Shown in pieces: positions 37,161-50,378 of a stretch of DNA of 64,000 bases. A program made the translations under genes and the position numbers. Origin of the DNA: Veleropilina oligotropha (lineage: Eukaryota). Below the pieces are notes generated by a model that was not told the DNA's origin, did no database searches, and was given only the letters and a program-made list of their open reading frames with translations. Where the stretch lies: assembly GCA_048128005.1 (NCBI GenBank), contig JBEUKZ010000032.1, positions 1-64,000 on the forward strand, in the 5' to 3' direction. Position 1 is the stretch's first letter; every line of letters begins with the position of its first letter.

Positions 37161-39718
37161 TCGATTGTACTCACTAACAGGAATGTGACGCGGTTGTGAC
37201 AGGGACATTCATATCGATTGTACTCACTAACAGGAATGTGACGCGGTTGTGACAGGGACATTCATATCGATTGTACTCACTAACAGGAATGTGACGCGGT
37301 TGTGACAGGGACATTCATATCGATTGTACTCACTAACAGGAATGTGACGCGGTTGTGACAGTGACATTCATATCGATTGTACTCACTAACAGGAATGTGA
37401 CGCGGTTGTGACAGGGACATTCATATCGATTGTACTCACTAACAGGAATGTGACGCGGTTGAGGCAGTGACATTCACTGGTTCGATTGGACTCACTAACA
37501 GGAATGTGACGCGGTTGTGACAGTGACATTCATATCGATTGGACTCACTAACAGGAATGTGACGCGGTTGTGACAGTGACATTCATATCGATTGGACTCA
37601 CTAACAGGAATGTGACGCGGTTGTGACAGTGACATTCATATCGATTGGACTCACTAACAGGAATGTGACGCGGTTGTGACAGTGACATTCAAATCGATTG
37701 GACTCACTAACAGGAATGTGACGCGGTTGTGACAGTGACATTCATATCGATTGGACTCACTAACCGGAATGTGACGTGGTTGTGACAGTGACATTCATAT
37801 CGATTGGACTCACTAACAGGAATGTGACGCGGTTGAGGCAGTGACATTCATATCGATTGTACTAACTAACAGGAATGTGACGTGGTTGTGACAGTGACAT
37901 TCATATCGATTGGACTCACTAACAGGAATGTGACGCGGTTGTGACAGTGACATTCATATCGATTGGACTCACTAACAGGAATGTGACGCGGTTGTGACAG
38001 TGACATTCATATCGATTGGACTCACTAACAGGAATGTGATGCGGTTGTGACAGTGACATTCATATCGATTGGACTCACTAACAGGAATGTGACGCGGTTG
38101 TGACAGTGACATTCATATCGATTGGACTCACTAACAGGAATGTGATGCGGTTCTGACAGTGACATTCATATCGATTGGACTCACTAACAGGAATGTGACG
38201 TGGTTGTGACAGTGACATTCATATCGATTGGACTCACTAATAGGAATGTGACGCGGTTGTGACAGTGACATTCATATCGATTGTACTCACTAACAGGAAT
38301 GTGACGCGGTTGTGACAGTGACATTCATATCGATTGTTCTCACTAACAGGAATGTGATGCGGTTGTGGCAGTGACATTCATATCGATTGTACTCACTAAC
38401 AGGAATGTGACGCGGTTGTGGCAGTGACATTCATATCGATTGTACTCACTAACAGGAATGTGACGCGGTTGTGACAGTGACATTCATATCGATTGTACTC
38501 ACTAACAGGAATGTGACGCGGTTGTGACAGTGACATTCATATCAATTGTACTCACTAACAGGAATGTGACGCGGTTGTGACAGTGACATTCATATCGATT
38601 GTACTCACTAACAGGAATGTGATGCGGTTGTGGCAGTGACATTCATATCGATTGTACTCACTAACAGGAATGTGACGCGGTTGTGACAGGGACATTCATA
38701 TCGATTGTACTCACTAACAGGAATGTGACGCGGTTGTGACAGTGACATTCATATCGATTGTACTCACTAACAGGAATGTGATGCGGTTGTGACAGTGACA
38801 TTCATATCGATTGGACTCACTAACAGGAATGTGACGCGGTTGTGACAGTGACATTCACTGGTTCGATTGTACTCACTAACAGGAATGTGACGTGGTTGTG
38901 ACAGTGACATTCATATCGATTGTACTCACTAACAGGAATGTGATGCGGTTGTGACAGTGACATTCATATCGATTGTACTCACTAACAGGAATGTGACGTG
39001 GTTGTGACAGTGACATTCATATCGATTGTTCTCACTAACAGGAATGTGATGCGGTTGTGACAGTGACATTCATATCGATTGGACTCACTAACAGGAATGT
39101 GACGCGGTTGTGACAGTGACATTCACTGGTTCGATTGTACTCACTAACAGGAATGTGACGTGGTTGTGACAGTGACATTCATATCGATTGTACTCACTAA
39201 CAGGAATGTGACGCGGTTGTGACAGGGACATTCATATCGATTGTACTCACTAACAGGAATGTGACGCGGTTGTGACAGTGACATTCACTGGTTCGATTGT
39301 ACTCACTAACAGGAATGTGACGTGGTTGTGACAGTGACATTCATATCGATTGTACTCACTAACAGGAATGTGACGCGGTTGTGACAGGGACATTCATATC
39401 GATTGTACTCACTAACAGGAATGTGACGCGGTTGTGACAGTGACATTCACTGGTTCGATTGTACTCACTAACAGGAATGTGATGCGGTTGTGGCAGTGAC
39501 ATTCATATCGATTGTACTCACTAACAGGAATGTGACGCGGTTGTGACAGGGACATTCATATCGATTGTACTCACTAACAGGAATGTGACGCGGTTGTGAC
39601 AGTGACATTCATATCGATTGTACTCACTAACAGGAATGTGATGCGGTTGTGACAGTGACATTCATATCGATTGTACTCACTAACAGGAATGTGACGCGGT
39701 TGTGACAGGGACATTCAT
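37161..39718 (+). repeat. 53-bp minisatellite (~48 copies) inside a SINE
   Basis: Unit tcgattg(t/g)actcactaacaggaatgtgacgcggttgtgacag(t/g)gacattcata; SINE head before it and SINE body after it. Confidence 0.95.
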
Positions 39719-39769
39719 TGTTCAGTTATCAGTCGCAGTTGTCCGTAACTGACCAGAATAAATAGATTA

Positions 39770-39998
39770 AATATAATTTGTTTGGGTTTAGAAAGCGCAT
39801 TACTGCCACTAATATAAAAACCCATTGAAGTTGTCTTGTCCTCTATAACCTGCCCTGCTTCTTAAAATGCTCATCTATAGGCAATTTCTAAATTGGTTTA
39901 CAGATGTCGATTCCACTACATTATTAGGAAGAGCATTCCATTCAACGACAACCCGATTTTAGAAAAAGTGTTTTCTAACGTCTAGTCGGAATCGTTTT
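39770..39998 (-). mobile_element. CR1 3' remnant
   Basis: Reverse complement matches ~7812-8040 (gattccgactagacgttagaaaacactttttc...aatcgggttgtcg). Confidence 0.8.
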
Positions 39999-40409
39999 TA
40001 AGAGAGGGCGAGCTTCCCCGGCGACCCTTCCGCGATAATATAGAATATCCTGCCTTGAACCAGAAGGTTGTAAATATACAAGGCATTGAGCATGAAACTA
40101 ATCCAAGCTAGCAAATTGTATGTTCCACGATATACTATTTCGCTGTTAACACTGGGTAGCAAGCCGTTAATGTTGATGAATTTTAAATGCCATTTTACGT
40201 CAGTGAACAACTTTATTCAAAAATATGAGAATTTGTACTATTTATACGTTGTTTTCAGTATCCGCCTATCGGATAGAGATGCTAAATCGAGCCCCGACTA
40301 CAGACTGTATGGGCTAAAAAAATGTGTAGTCGTAAAACAATACTGATTAAAATCAAATCAAATCCTAGACGCAGCATAACGTCCTATTGGATTTTCTTGA
40401 AAAAGAGAA

Positions 40410-41115
40410 CGTTACAATACTTTATCCAATGACGACGGTTACAATACTTCATCCAATGACGACGGTTACAATACTTCATCCAATGACGACGGTTACAATA
40501 CTACATCCAATGACGACGGTTACAATACTTCATCCAATGACGACGGTTACAATACTTCATGCAATGACGACGGTTACAATACTTCATCCAATGACGACGG
40601 TTACAATACTACATCCAATGACGACGGCTACAATACTTCATCCAATGACGACGGTTACAATACTACATCCAATGACGACGGTTACAATACTACATCCAAT
40701 GACGACGGTTACAATACTGCATCCAATGACGACGGTTACAATACTACATCCAATGACGACGGCTACAATACTACATCCAATGACTACGGTTACAATACTA
40801 CATCCAATGACGACGGTTACAATACTACATCCAATGACGACGGTTACAATACTACATCCAATGACGACGGTTACAATACTACATCCAATGACGACGGTTA
40901 CAATACTACATCCAATGACGACGGTTACAATATTACATCCAATGACGACGGTTACAATATTACATCCAATGACGACGGCTACAATACTTCATCCAATGAC
41001 GACGGTTACAATACTACATCCAATGACGACGGTTACAATACTACATCCAATGACGACGGTTACAATACTACATCCAATGACGACGGTTACAATACTACAT
41101 CCAATGACGACGGTT
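40410..41115 (+). repeat. 24-bp minisatellite (~29 copies)
   Basis: Unit ggttacaatact(a/t)catccaatgacgac. Confidence 0.95.
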
Positions 41116-43452
41116 GCGGGTAGCGATCTTCTGAGTAATACACAAACTATAGATATAGATTAATGAGAACTCTTTGGAAGTTGCAAGCGCTTAATTATTA
41201 TAATAGTGAAGGTATAATGTCAATGACAAGTAACAGAGATGTCGTTATTCAATAGTGTAATTTGGTGCCATGTTGGTGCCGTTCATGAACACACGGTGGT
41301 TGCCAACTCACTCGCCTGGCTGTTCTGATTAATGTTATTTGGTTCGAATCCTTTACAGAGCACTTTGTTCAAATAGCTTTCACAGTTCGCCAAAACTATA
41401 TTGAACGTGCGTTTTATCCGGGTCACAGAACGTTCCGTCAGTGATAATATGGATACGCCGTGATATGACCATGATGAGTGTTAACATGGGATGTTAAGCA
41501 TATATCCAGATCAAACCGATCATGAACAGTAATGTTAAACGTAAAATGAGCAACCTGCAGACTAACCTTTTATCGCTTAGATATAATTATATTACAAGTA
41601 ATATTTGGATCATGCATTTTTCATGACCACAACATAATTCCAAATGAAATCACACTTAGAGGTCTATTTCGTGCGTTGATGCTCATTTTGATAATTTCCA
41701 AGTCAGCAAACCACAACCAAGGATCAATGATGGCCAATTGAAGCTATATCGAGCAGTATTGGAAATCGCTTAGTAAGAAACGTAAGCATTTCATTATCGC
41801 AATTATTTTTAACGAGAAAGTAACGACGAAGAATCAAATTGAATGTGTTCATTGATCGCTTCGTATCCTTCAATGTCAGCAACTGTTCGGTGATCAAGAC
41901 ATATAAGCAGATTCCCTAATGCGCCTCTGATTGCATCAATTTAACCGGGCGCGGTGGTGTCATATCTGCCCTGCATCGCGGTCTAGCTGATGATAAGGCC
42001 GTGATTGTTGCTCTTGCTAAATGCCGTGGGACGTAACTAGTAGTGACTGTTCTCTGTGAAGATGGAAAGCATAAAGGAATTGCAATACCCATGAGTGCTC
42101 TGGTATCAGAGAGTCCCCGTAGAACCATGTTCCTGCTATAAAGCGTGTGGGATCTAATTGCGAAGCTTGTTATATGCTCTATCAGACATTTCTGGTAAAT
42201 TACAGCTGCCGTTAGCGAGTATTCTCTGTGTGCGCCAGCAGTCGAAGAGATTGTCAGGAATCAAATCAGGATTTAGCGGCACCATTTGTTGGCAACATCA
42301 TCCTTCCCCTCAATATTGGATGCAACGTGCTTTCTCCAATAAAATGCTTTCATTAGAATGTGTTTCATGTTTAATGAGAAATTACGGCTATTGGATCTGG
42401 TTTGTATAAGCATTTGAACTCTTATGTGGGGTCATGGTGTATGTATTGGGAAAATGTGGCCGCAAAAATTAGTAACTCTCATTCCGATGAGTTTTGAAGA
42501 TTTCAGCGATCCGCTTACATACTTATCCACTGTATTAAACAACCAAATTTGAACAAGAAAAGGAACATATGATGTTAACGGAATACGCATTCTCTTACGA
42601 AATACTTTAAAATTAAGCCCACCGCATCAATCAGGCAGATAGCCAGATACCTATCATTACCTGTCACATGTATACCGCTCGTGTGAATTTCGATTAAGTT
42701 CGATATTCATTTCCCTACAAGGGTTATCGCTGTTAATAACCCTCTTCTTTAATTCTTTTTTCGATAATTTCCAAATTTTGCATTGAAAACAAATGCATAC
42801 TCAATTGGGTTTGATATACATTTAAAACTGTGCGTTTAACACGCATCACGACATGCTCATTATTTGTATTGGTGGAAAGCCTGGAATGGGACACCCACCC
42901 GCCCCGATCAGTTATTGTCTTCAACCGGTCTCGATCACTCACGAGTGGGAGAGCAACTCTCTTACTATCTGCGACTACTGTGGAGAATACAGGAAGCAAA
43001 ATCCAATTTTGAACATCTGTTGTCTTGCAAACTGTATTACGACAGTGATGATGTAGTGCTGAACTCACGGGTTTAATATTTTGAATCGGACCAATATTAT
43101 ATGTTTCTGTTTTGAACGAATGGCAACTATGTTATTTCAGTAAAAAATACCGACGAGACTGTTGTAGATTTTTATAACAGAGGTATACATTTATTCACAG
43201 GCTGGGACCATTTGGAGATCTTCTGTGAATCTCGGTTCGTCTTGTTGTCCGAAAAGTACCCCCTAAGTTTTATTAGATAGTAAATGGATTTACAATGACC
43301 GAATAAGGGAAACTTTTCAGGAGCGTGATACAATACATGTTTGACCAGCTTCATATTTCGGTTATTTGGTTTTACGTATTGTACTAAATGCATTATTGCC
43401 TCTCTTCTGAGAACCGTGCTGTTACAGCAATAGAGGATCATTAGAGTTCCAT

Positions 43453-43620
43453 CGCATTGTATAATTGCCAAATGCGTTGTATGATTGCCAAATGCGTTGT
43501 ATAATTGCCAAATGCGTTGTATAATTGCCAAATGCGTTGTATAATTGCCAAATGCGTTGTATAATTGCCAAATGCGTTGTATAATTGCCAAATGCGTTGT
43601 ATAATTGCCAAATGCGTTGG
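43453..43620 (+). repeat. 20-bp tandem repeat (~8 copies)
   Basis: Unit tgtataattgccaaatgcgt. Confidence 0.95.
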
Positions 43621-45609
43621 CAACACGACATGGTCATAAAAATAATAAATTACGAAAGAAAAGCATCCTACATACATAACCACACAGAATGAATAATGCC
43701 GGATCAGATAACTCTCTAACTAATGGTCCTTTCTGATGTCATCTCATGCCATTACTTATCTCTGCTGCAGGAAGTGTGTATCTGATGGCGAGTCATCTCA
43801 TCGTAACGCGAAGCAGATGTGTCGGTTATACGCTGTTATGAAAAGAAGCAAATAACGGTTCTTTTCCTTTATACGACCACAAATTTCTACTAAAGGCAAA
43901 TGCAGCTTGCGATAAGATACACGTGATGGGTACGTAGTTGTATTGGCTTTACAAACGTATATACACCGGGCCGCCCCGTGAGCCTGGACTGACCGAGGTT
44001 CACCTGTTGCTAGTCCCCATGGATTTAACAGTTAGATCAGTTAGATTCATTCATTTCCAATTGACCTAGTTGGAGCACAGTTGCGTGGTTTCTGCTCGTC
44101 AAGTAAAATAGATTTTTACTTGACAATAACATATATGGATCTTTATTTCATGTATCAAACAGTAAGGTAGCATACTTATATTGTTATGTATGAATAAAAA
44201 TTTGGTATTATTATTCCAATCTATAATTTGACAATTTTAAAATTTGGGGTCGTATAAAGGAAAAGAGCCCAACTAACGAACATAACTTAGCTTCCCGACT
44301 AATTCTGGCCGCTTAACTAGTACACAAGCATATACCTATAATAAAAATCACAACACAGTTAATTAAGTTGCACGGTTGATCGACAACGGATATTGATCAA
44401 AAACGGATTTTGATCAAGAACGGACAGCCGAGCGGACGGTCAGCTGTAGTAGGTCCTCCATAGTGGTTAATATGATCTTTAGGTCACCTTCTCCACCAGA
44501 AGCAACACCTATATATGTGAAGGAGATAGGCCGAAAAGTCTACATTACGTCAGTTAATAGAGAGATCGAGGCGCGTTTTTCAGTTTTAATGGTAAATATC
44601 AATTTATTTTATTTCTGTGCATTGCAATGAATGTTGCTAATTACATTAATCTATCATTTTGTTTATACTGGGTGTTAACAAACATTCAAACCAATATTCT
44701 AATATCGAAATGTAATTCATTACAGGAATTGTGCGAATTTAGAATTGCGCTCGATAGAGTATACATGTCAGATTTGTAAATTATCCACAGTTCTGCGCCC
44801 GCTAGGCGTCGCTGTTTGCCGAACGTGACAGAGGGTGTGGTTTCATCCCCAGTGTGCCAACATTGCTTGCTTACATAACGTGCGGCGAGGTACTTCAATA
44901 TCACAATAATAGTTGTGTAAAAGAGCCGACATCCGAATCCCGGAAATTAAACTTGATAGATACATGTACAACGCTGTGTAGTGCATTAATATAGATCAAA
45001 TACGATTGTTTGCTGTGGGGGTCTTTACTTGTCAAATATAAAATATGAACCTCCTAGTTCAAATCTGAAATTAATTTCAATCTCATACGCGGAGACGTCA
45101 TTTAGCTACATCACATTTTAGTACAAGGTTGGGGCTTTTGTGTATTCTCTGCTTGAAGAGTTGAATTCACGGTGGCTGCGTACCCTATTTTGTTTTTGGC
45201 GACGACCAAGCGACACTAAGCAAGACGAAACTGCTACCTGTCTTGTAACGATACATATATGATGCTACAAATCGGTAAATAGGAGCATTCCAACTGTTTC
45301 ATGGTTTTAAAACAATCCTTTTTAACGAAAGAGTAACCGAAAATTAGCTACCATCATCTGATCTTAATCTGATTCGATGTTCAGGCATTCTTAAGAAACC
45401 ACTTGTACAATACTAGTAATTAGTTCTTCGAAGAGAACTCGGTCTGTTGTTATAATAGAGCTTTCTGAGTACGAGTATATGTTGTATACATAAGTCGCTA
45501 AGCGAATGTACAATACCACGAGAAGCATAATAGTTCCCGAAAGAGAAGTTAATACTCCATGGCATTTCGTATATCACAGAAAATGAATAAGGCACTTTAA
45601 GTGAGTGCA

Positions 45610-45861
45610 TGATGCTTAATGTCCTGTATATTTACAACATGGAGGTTCAAGGCAGGACATGTCCGTGTTATCGCGGGAGGAAACATTGGTCGCCCGGGAA
45701 AACCCGCCCTCTCCGGCCAGTCGCGGACAACTGTGATTCATAACTAGAACAAATGTCAATGCCTCAGGCAGGTATTGAACCCACTACTGTTCGCATTAGC
45801 GGAATCAAGCCAGTGAATTTAGAGTGGACACTCTTACCCACTGCGCTGCCGAAGCGGCCAG
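45610..45861 (-). mobile_element. SINE family A copy
   Basis: Reverse complement of the family motifs, ending at gaagcggcc. Confidence 0.75.
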
Positions 45862-47017
45862 GCACTTTAATTAAAATGCACATCATCAGTGAATATTTTA
45901 AAATAATGATCAATATTATATTATATTAGTTTTAATTACATTAACCTCGCAAAAATGATGATCATTTTCATTAATGTCAATCGGTAATAACCATATACCA
46001 ACAACAAAGACGGCAATAACCTACCATATGTTTTTAGTTTAATCCTGTAAATCTAGTTTTCGGTTGATATCGTTATGAAGTCGTGTATCATATCACTGTT
46101 GGGTCCGAGTTATCACTCTTTAAATAGAACATAACATCGCATACTGACAACGCTTCAGATGTGTACACTCTTCTCGGAAGCTCTTCTACATCGAAAGCCA
46201 TAATGACCTCCGAGCATATGTTTGCCTTCTCACACTTAGACTGACATCGCGTTAAACATTTGACAAGAGGGAAAATGAAATAGGCGCAGTTAAAATATTT
46301 TCATGGCATATTATTTCAACTAAACATAGTTCACGTCACCAGGGCGTAATTTAACGCGTCTTACCGTGAGCAACATCTTATCTGGGCACCAACAGCGCGA
46401 AGTCTGACTATTATCAACTTCAGAATCAAAATTTAAAAAATAGGGCATTGTGCACACCCGTTCTGATATTGCGAATTCCAAGAATGCAATTAACAAATAG
46501 AATGTCAAATTTGTTATCAAGTTTAGCGGAGCATGTTTCAGAATTCACAATGACGTGAATGAACATTATTTCTGATGAAAACAACAATGGAAGTAAACAA
46601 TGCCTTACGAATGCCATAACTTATATATATGTGTTTATATATTCAGTATTGCAAATTCTGATACGCGGCCGTCGCCTGTTCAGTATAATTCTTTACGAGA
46701 CTGGACGTGTATCGAAAATAATGATACCGGTACATTCGGTTGCAAAACAGATGTCATTGCCAGTGAGTCCAGGTAGATAGTACGGTGTCCTTCCTCTCAT
46801 TTTAATTACCATATGCGGATTTATAAGGAACTATTTACCGCAAGGATCCGAGCTCGGCCCCACTGCGTTTAAACAAACAGACTTCAGTACGAATTAATCA
46901 TGTATGGATCGACATTGCAGAAACGCAGGTCGTGAACATATATGTCCGGTATTTGGCATTTGTGTTAATTTACTGTGACAATATTCATATAAATTATAAA
47001 TTAGGTATCTTCGCAGA

Positions 47018-48451
47018 CAGGGCCGTAGCCAGGATTTTGTAAAGGGGGTTCGAATATACCTTGGTGGGGGTAAAATTTACAATGTTGGTATGTGACAAAA
47101 TAATGAAATTGCTTAGTTTGTAACAACAATCGCACTAGAAAATTTTAGTATTTAAAGCTGTGAAACACCTTCTCCTGCGTTCTGAAGCTGCAAATGCGAT
47201 GATTTCCGATTAATATCAACGATGTGCATGGGGTTGGGGCCCCACGTTCAAGAATATTTTAGTATTTAAAACTGTGGAACAGCTTCTCCCGCATTCTGAT
47301 GTTGCAAATGCGATGTGTTTAGATTACTATCAACGATGTGCGTGGGTTGGGGCCTCACGGTCAAGTAAATTTTAGTATTTAAAACTGTGGAACAGCTTCT
47401 CCTGCATTCTGATGTTGCAAATGCGATGTTTTCATATTTTCATATTACTATCAAAATTTTAGTATTTAAAACTGTGGAACAGCTTCTCCTGCTTTCTGAT
47501 GTTGCAAATTCGATGATTTTAGATTACTATGAACGATGTGCGTGGATTGGGGCCCCACGGTCAAGTAAATTTTAGTATTTAAAACTGTGGAACAGCTTCT
47601 CCTGCATTCTGATGTTGCAAATGCGATGTTTTCATATTACTATCAACGTGCATGGGGCCCCACGTTCAAGAAAATTTCAGTATTTAAAACTGTGAAACAG
47701 CTTCTCCTGCATTCTGATGTTGCAAATGCGATGTTTTTAGATTACTAGCAATGATGTGCGTGGGTTGGGGCCCTACGATCAAGTAAATTTTAGTATTTAA
47801 AACTGTGGAACAGGTTCTCCTGCATTCTGATGTTGCAAATGCGATGTTTTCATATTACTATCAACGTGCGTGGGGCCCCATGCCCACGCGCAAGAAAATT
47901 TTGATATTTAAAACTGTGAAACAGCTTCTCCTGCGTTCTTAGGATGTAAATGATGTGTTTTTAATTCACTATTAACTGTGTGCCCACGCGCAAGAAAATT
48001 TTAATATTGAAAACTATGAAACAGCTATTCCTGCGTTATGAAGCTGTAAATGCGATGTTTTTAGCCAGTTATAAATACATGCACCATTTTCATAACATGT
48101 GTAAGCCTATTTCTTGCGCCCCCCCGCCCCCCTGTAAGCGCCCATATACGCTTGACAAGAATATCTACATATCCCGTTATGACCCTAGATGTCACAGGGA
48201 TGTGTAAGCCTACTAGTTTCATTTAGGTGGAAAGGGGCTCAATTTTACATTACTATCAACGATGCGCCCCATGAAGAAAATTTTATTATTTAAAGTTAAT
48301 TAGCACTCAAAAATACATATTCAATTGATAACTGTAAAGGATCCACTGTAAAAAATATTGACTTTGACTTTAAGGGCAATCAAGCGGCAAGGGGGGGGGG
48401 GTCGACCGAACCCCTCGAACCCCCCCCCCCCCCCCCCTGGCTACGGCCCTG
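47018..48451. mobile_element. Non-autonomous DNA transposon with an internal ~105-120-bp tandem array
   Basis: Perfect 16-bp TIR CAGGGCCGTAGCCAGG, flanked by GCAGA on both sides; ~9 units of aaattttagtatttaaaactgtggaacagcttctcctgcattctg. Confidence 0.88.
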
Positions 48452-50199
48452 GCAGATAACATCTGTTTTCATTTTCTACGATTTATTATTGAGTCGTGAG
48501 CCTCGATGTAAGTAATTCATTAGGCACACCATATACCCACTTAGTAGCAGGTGTTCGCTTATCCATGGAAAATAAATTCTTTTCAGAATTATAACATAAA
48601 TATCGTAATTAGTTAAATCTGCCTGTTTATAATCACTGTAGGTTACACACATCTGCATGTGAGTTACGTCTAAAATCATTCCCATCAGGCCCACACGTGT
48701 AAGATAACAGTTCCACGTGTAACGCAAGTGGCCTTGTCATTGGATCTGCGTGAACCTCACCTAAGTGTTTCGCCAATGAAGTTAACACTCAAATACCAGG
48801 CTTATACATGATATCAGTTTTAATTTCATAAGGGAAAGCACCAGCTTGGTTGCATTAAATAAGTTAGTCGATAAATTAGGAGCACATTAATGGAGAAATA
48901 ACATCTTACCTGCTTGCCAATGACAGCTGATGTCACACGAGTCTCTTATTTATCAGAATAATGCTATAACTTAAGCAGTTTTGTTTGATTACACCTTTAT
49001 CGTCCCATTCTAGTCGTCGATTGAGATCTAATTATTGCATGAACTCTAGTGCAAAATCAACACAAGCATATTTTGTTAAAAGCATTTGTTTAAGCGCAAA
49101 TCAGTTAGAGAAAGCAACTACCAACATAAAAAAATGGAAACCAATGAATTGTTCATTATAAAAATAATTAGTCCTATTAGTAAATTCGCTCTATTATATA
49201 ATAACACGAGTAGCTTATATTTACGCTATCATCAAGTTGGCACTGTGACCAAACTGTAAATAAAATCACAACGCGGTTGCGGTTTCTCGCGGTTTCTCGC
49301 TACATTTGACTCTATAAATCGTGCCAAATACTAGTAGATATCCAAATCTCTTCAATGTCTGATACGCTTGACTTGCAGGCAAATCTTCATCGCTATTTAC
49401 CGTGTCAAAAAGATATTTTCATAGTACGGATATTTCAAATGACCTCTATATTTAGCACATAAAACATGAACTTGGATAGTATGTTAGCATACAAGATGTT
49501 AAATGATCAAATATGCTTTGCTCTCCAATTTTCGATATAGTTTATGGGTGGGTTCTTAAATATATCGTAAACAGGAGAACTCTTGATATATATAAATTAG
49601 ATGTGATTATTGTGTACAATAACTTCACTCCGAAGAATGTAACCGGAATGGTGCCCAGACACTCCACCCATCTGGAGTTCGTCACTCTCGCCTTGTCAAC
49701 TGTTGAATCCGCACATGCTTTCATCTGTTTTCTAAAACGTGGTGTAGTATCAATATTGAAATATCGCTGTATACAGTTTATTCTAATATCGCAGATATAC
49801 TGTAGTTTTTATATCTGCAAATTGTGTTGTGTGGGGCACAAAGATCGAACTTAAATGATATCACTTTCAATACATCTATCGATATAACATGCCATTATTT
49901 TAAGTGACAGGCTGGTTATGTTTAATTCTAGCTTCTACTATTCCACACCTTGTACCAGCGTAATAACAAACAGTTTAGCAGTTTAGCGTCTCGAATACAA
50001 CGCAAACGTGGGAAGATGATAGTCGAGAGCGAGTCAGCAGCAGCTGAAGCAACAAGCGGCACTCTGGGCGCATCTTCGAGAAATCAGGTCATGACAGTGG
50101 CCCAACGTACGCAATACGAGACATCAAAGCATGCGCTATATCGTATCACATGAAACCCAGCGTGCCTCGCCGTAAGGGAATTTTAAATCCGGTAAAGCC

Positions 50200-50378
50200 A
50201 GAACCCAGCATACGCAACCAATAACGTAAGAACCCAGCATACGCAACCAATAACGTAAGAACCCAGCATACGCAACCAATAACGTAAGAACCCAGCATAC
50301 GCAACCAATAACGCAAGAACCCAGCATACGCAACCAATAACGCAAGAACCCAGCATACGCAACCAATAACGTAAGAAC
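50200..50378 (+). repeat. 29-bp tandem repeat (6 copies)
   Basis: Unit gaacccagcatacgcaaccaataacg(t/c)aa. Confidence 0.95.

Noticed and set aside
37161..39718. CRISPR-like array
   Set aside because: Units are contiguous with no unique spacers, there are no cas genes, and the context is eukaryotic.
40387..41163. 258-aa (VTILHPMT)n protein
   Set aside because: A 24-bp minisatellite that happens to lack stops in this frame; TTG start and no other gene evidence.
41916..42128. Possible Crypton tyrosine-recombinase remnant (HLARATITAL)
   Set aside because: A single weak motif with no other catalytic residues recognisable.
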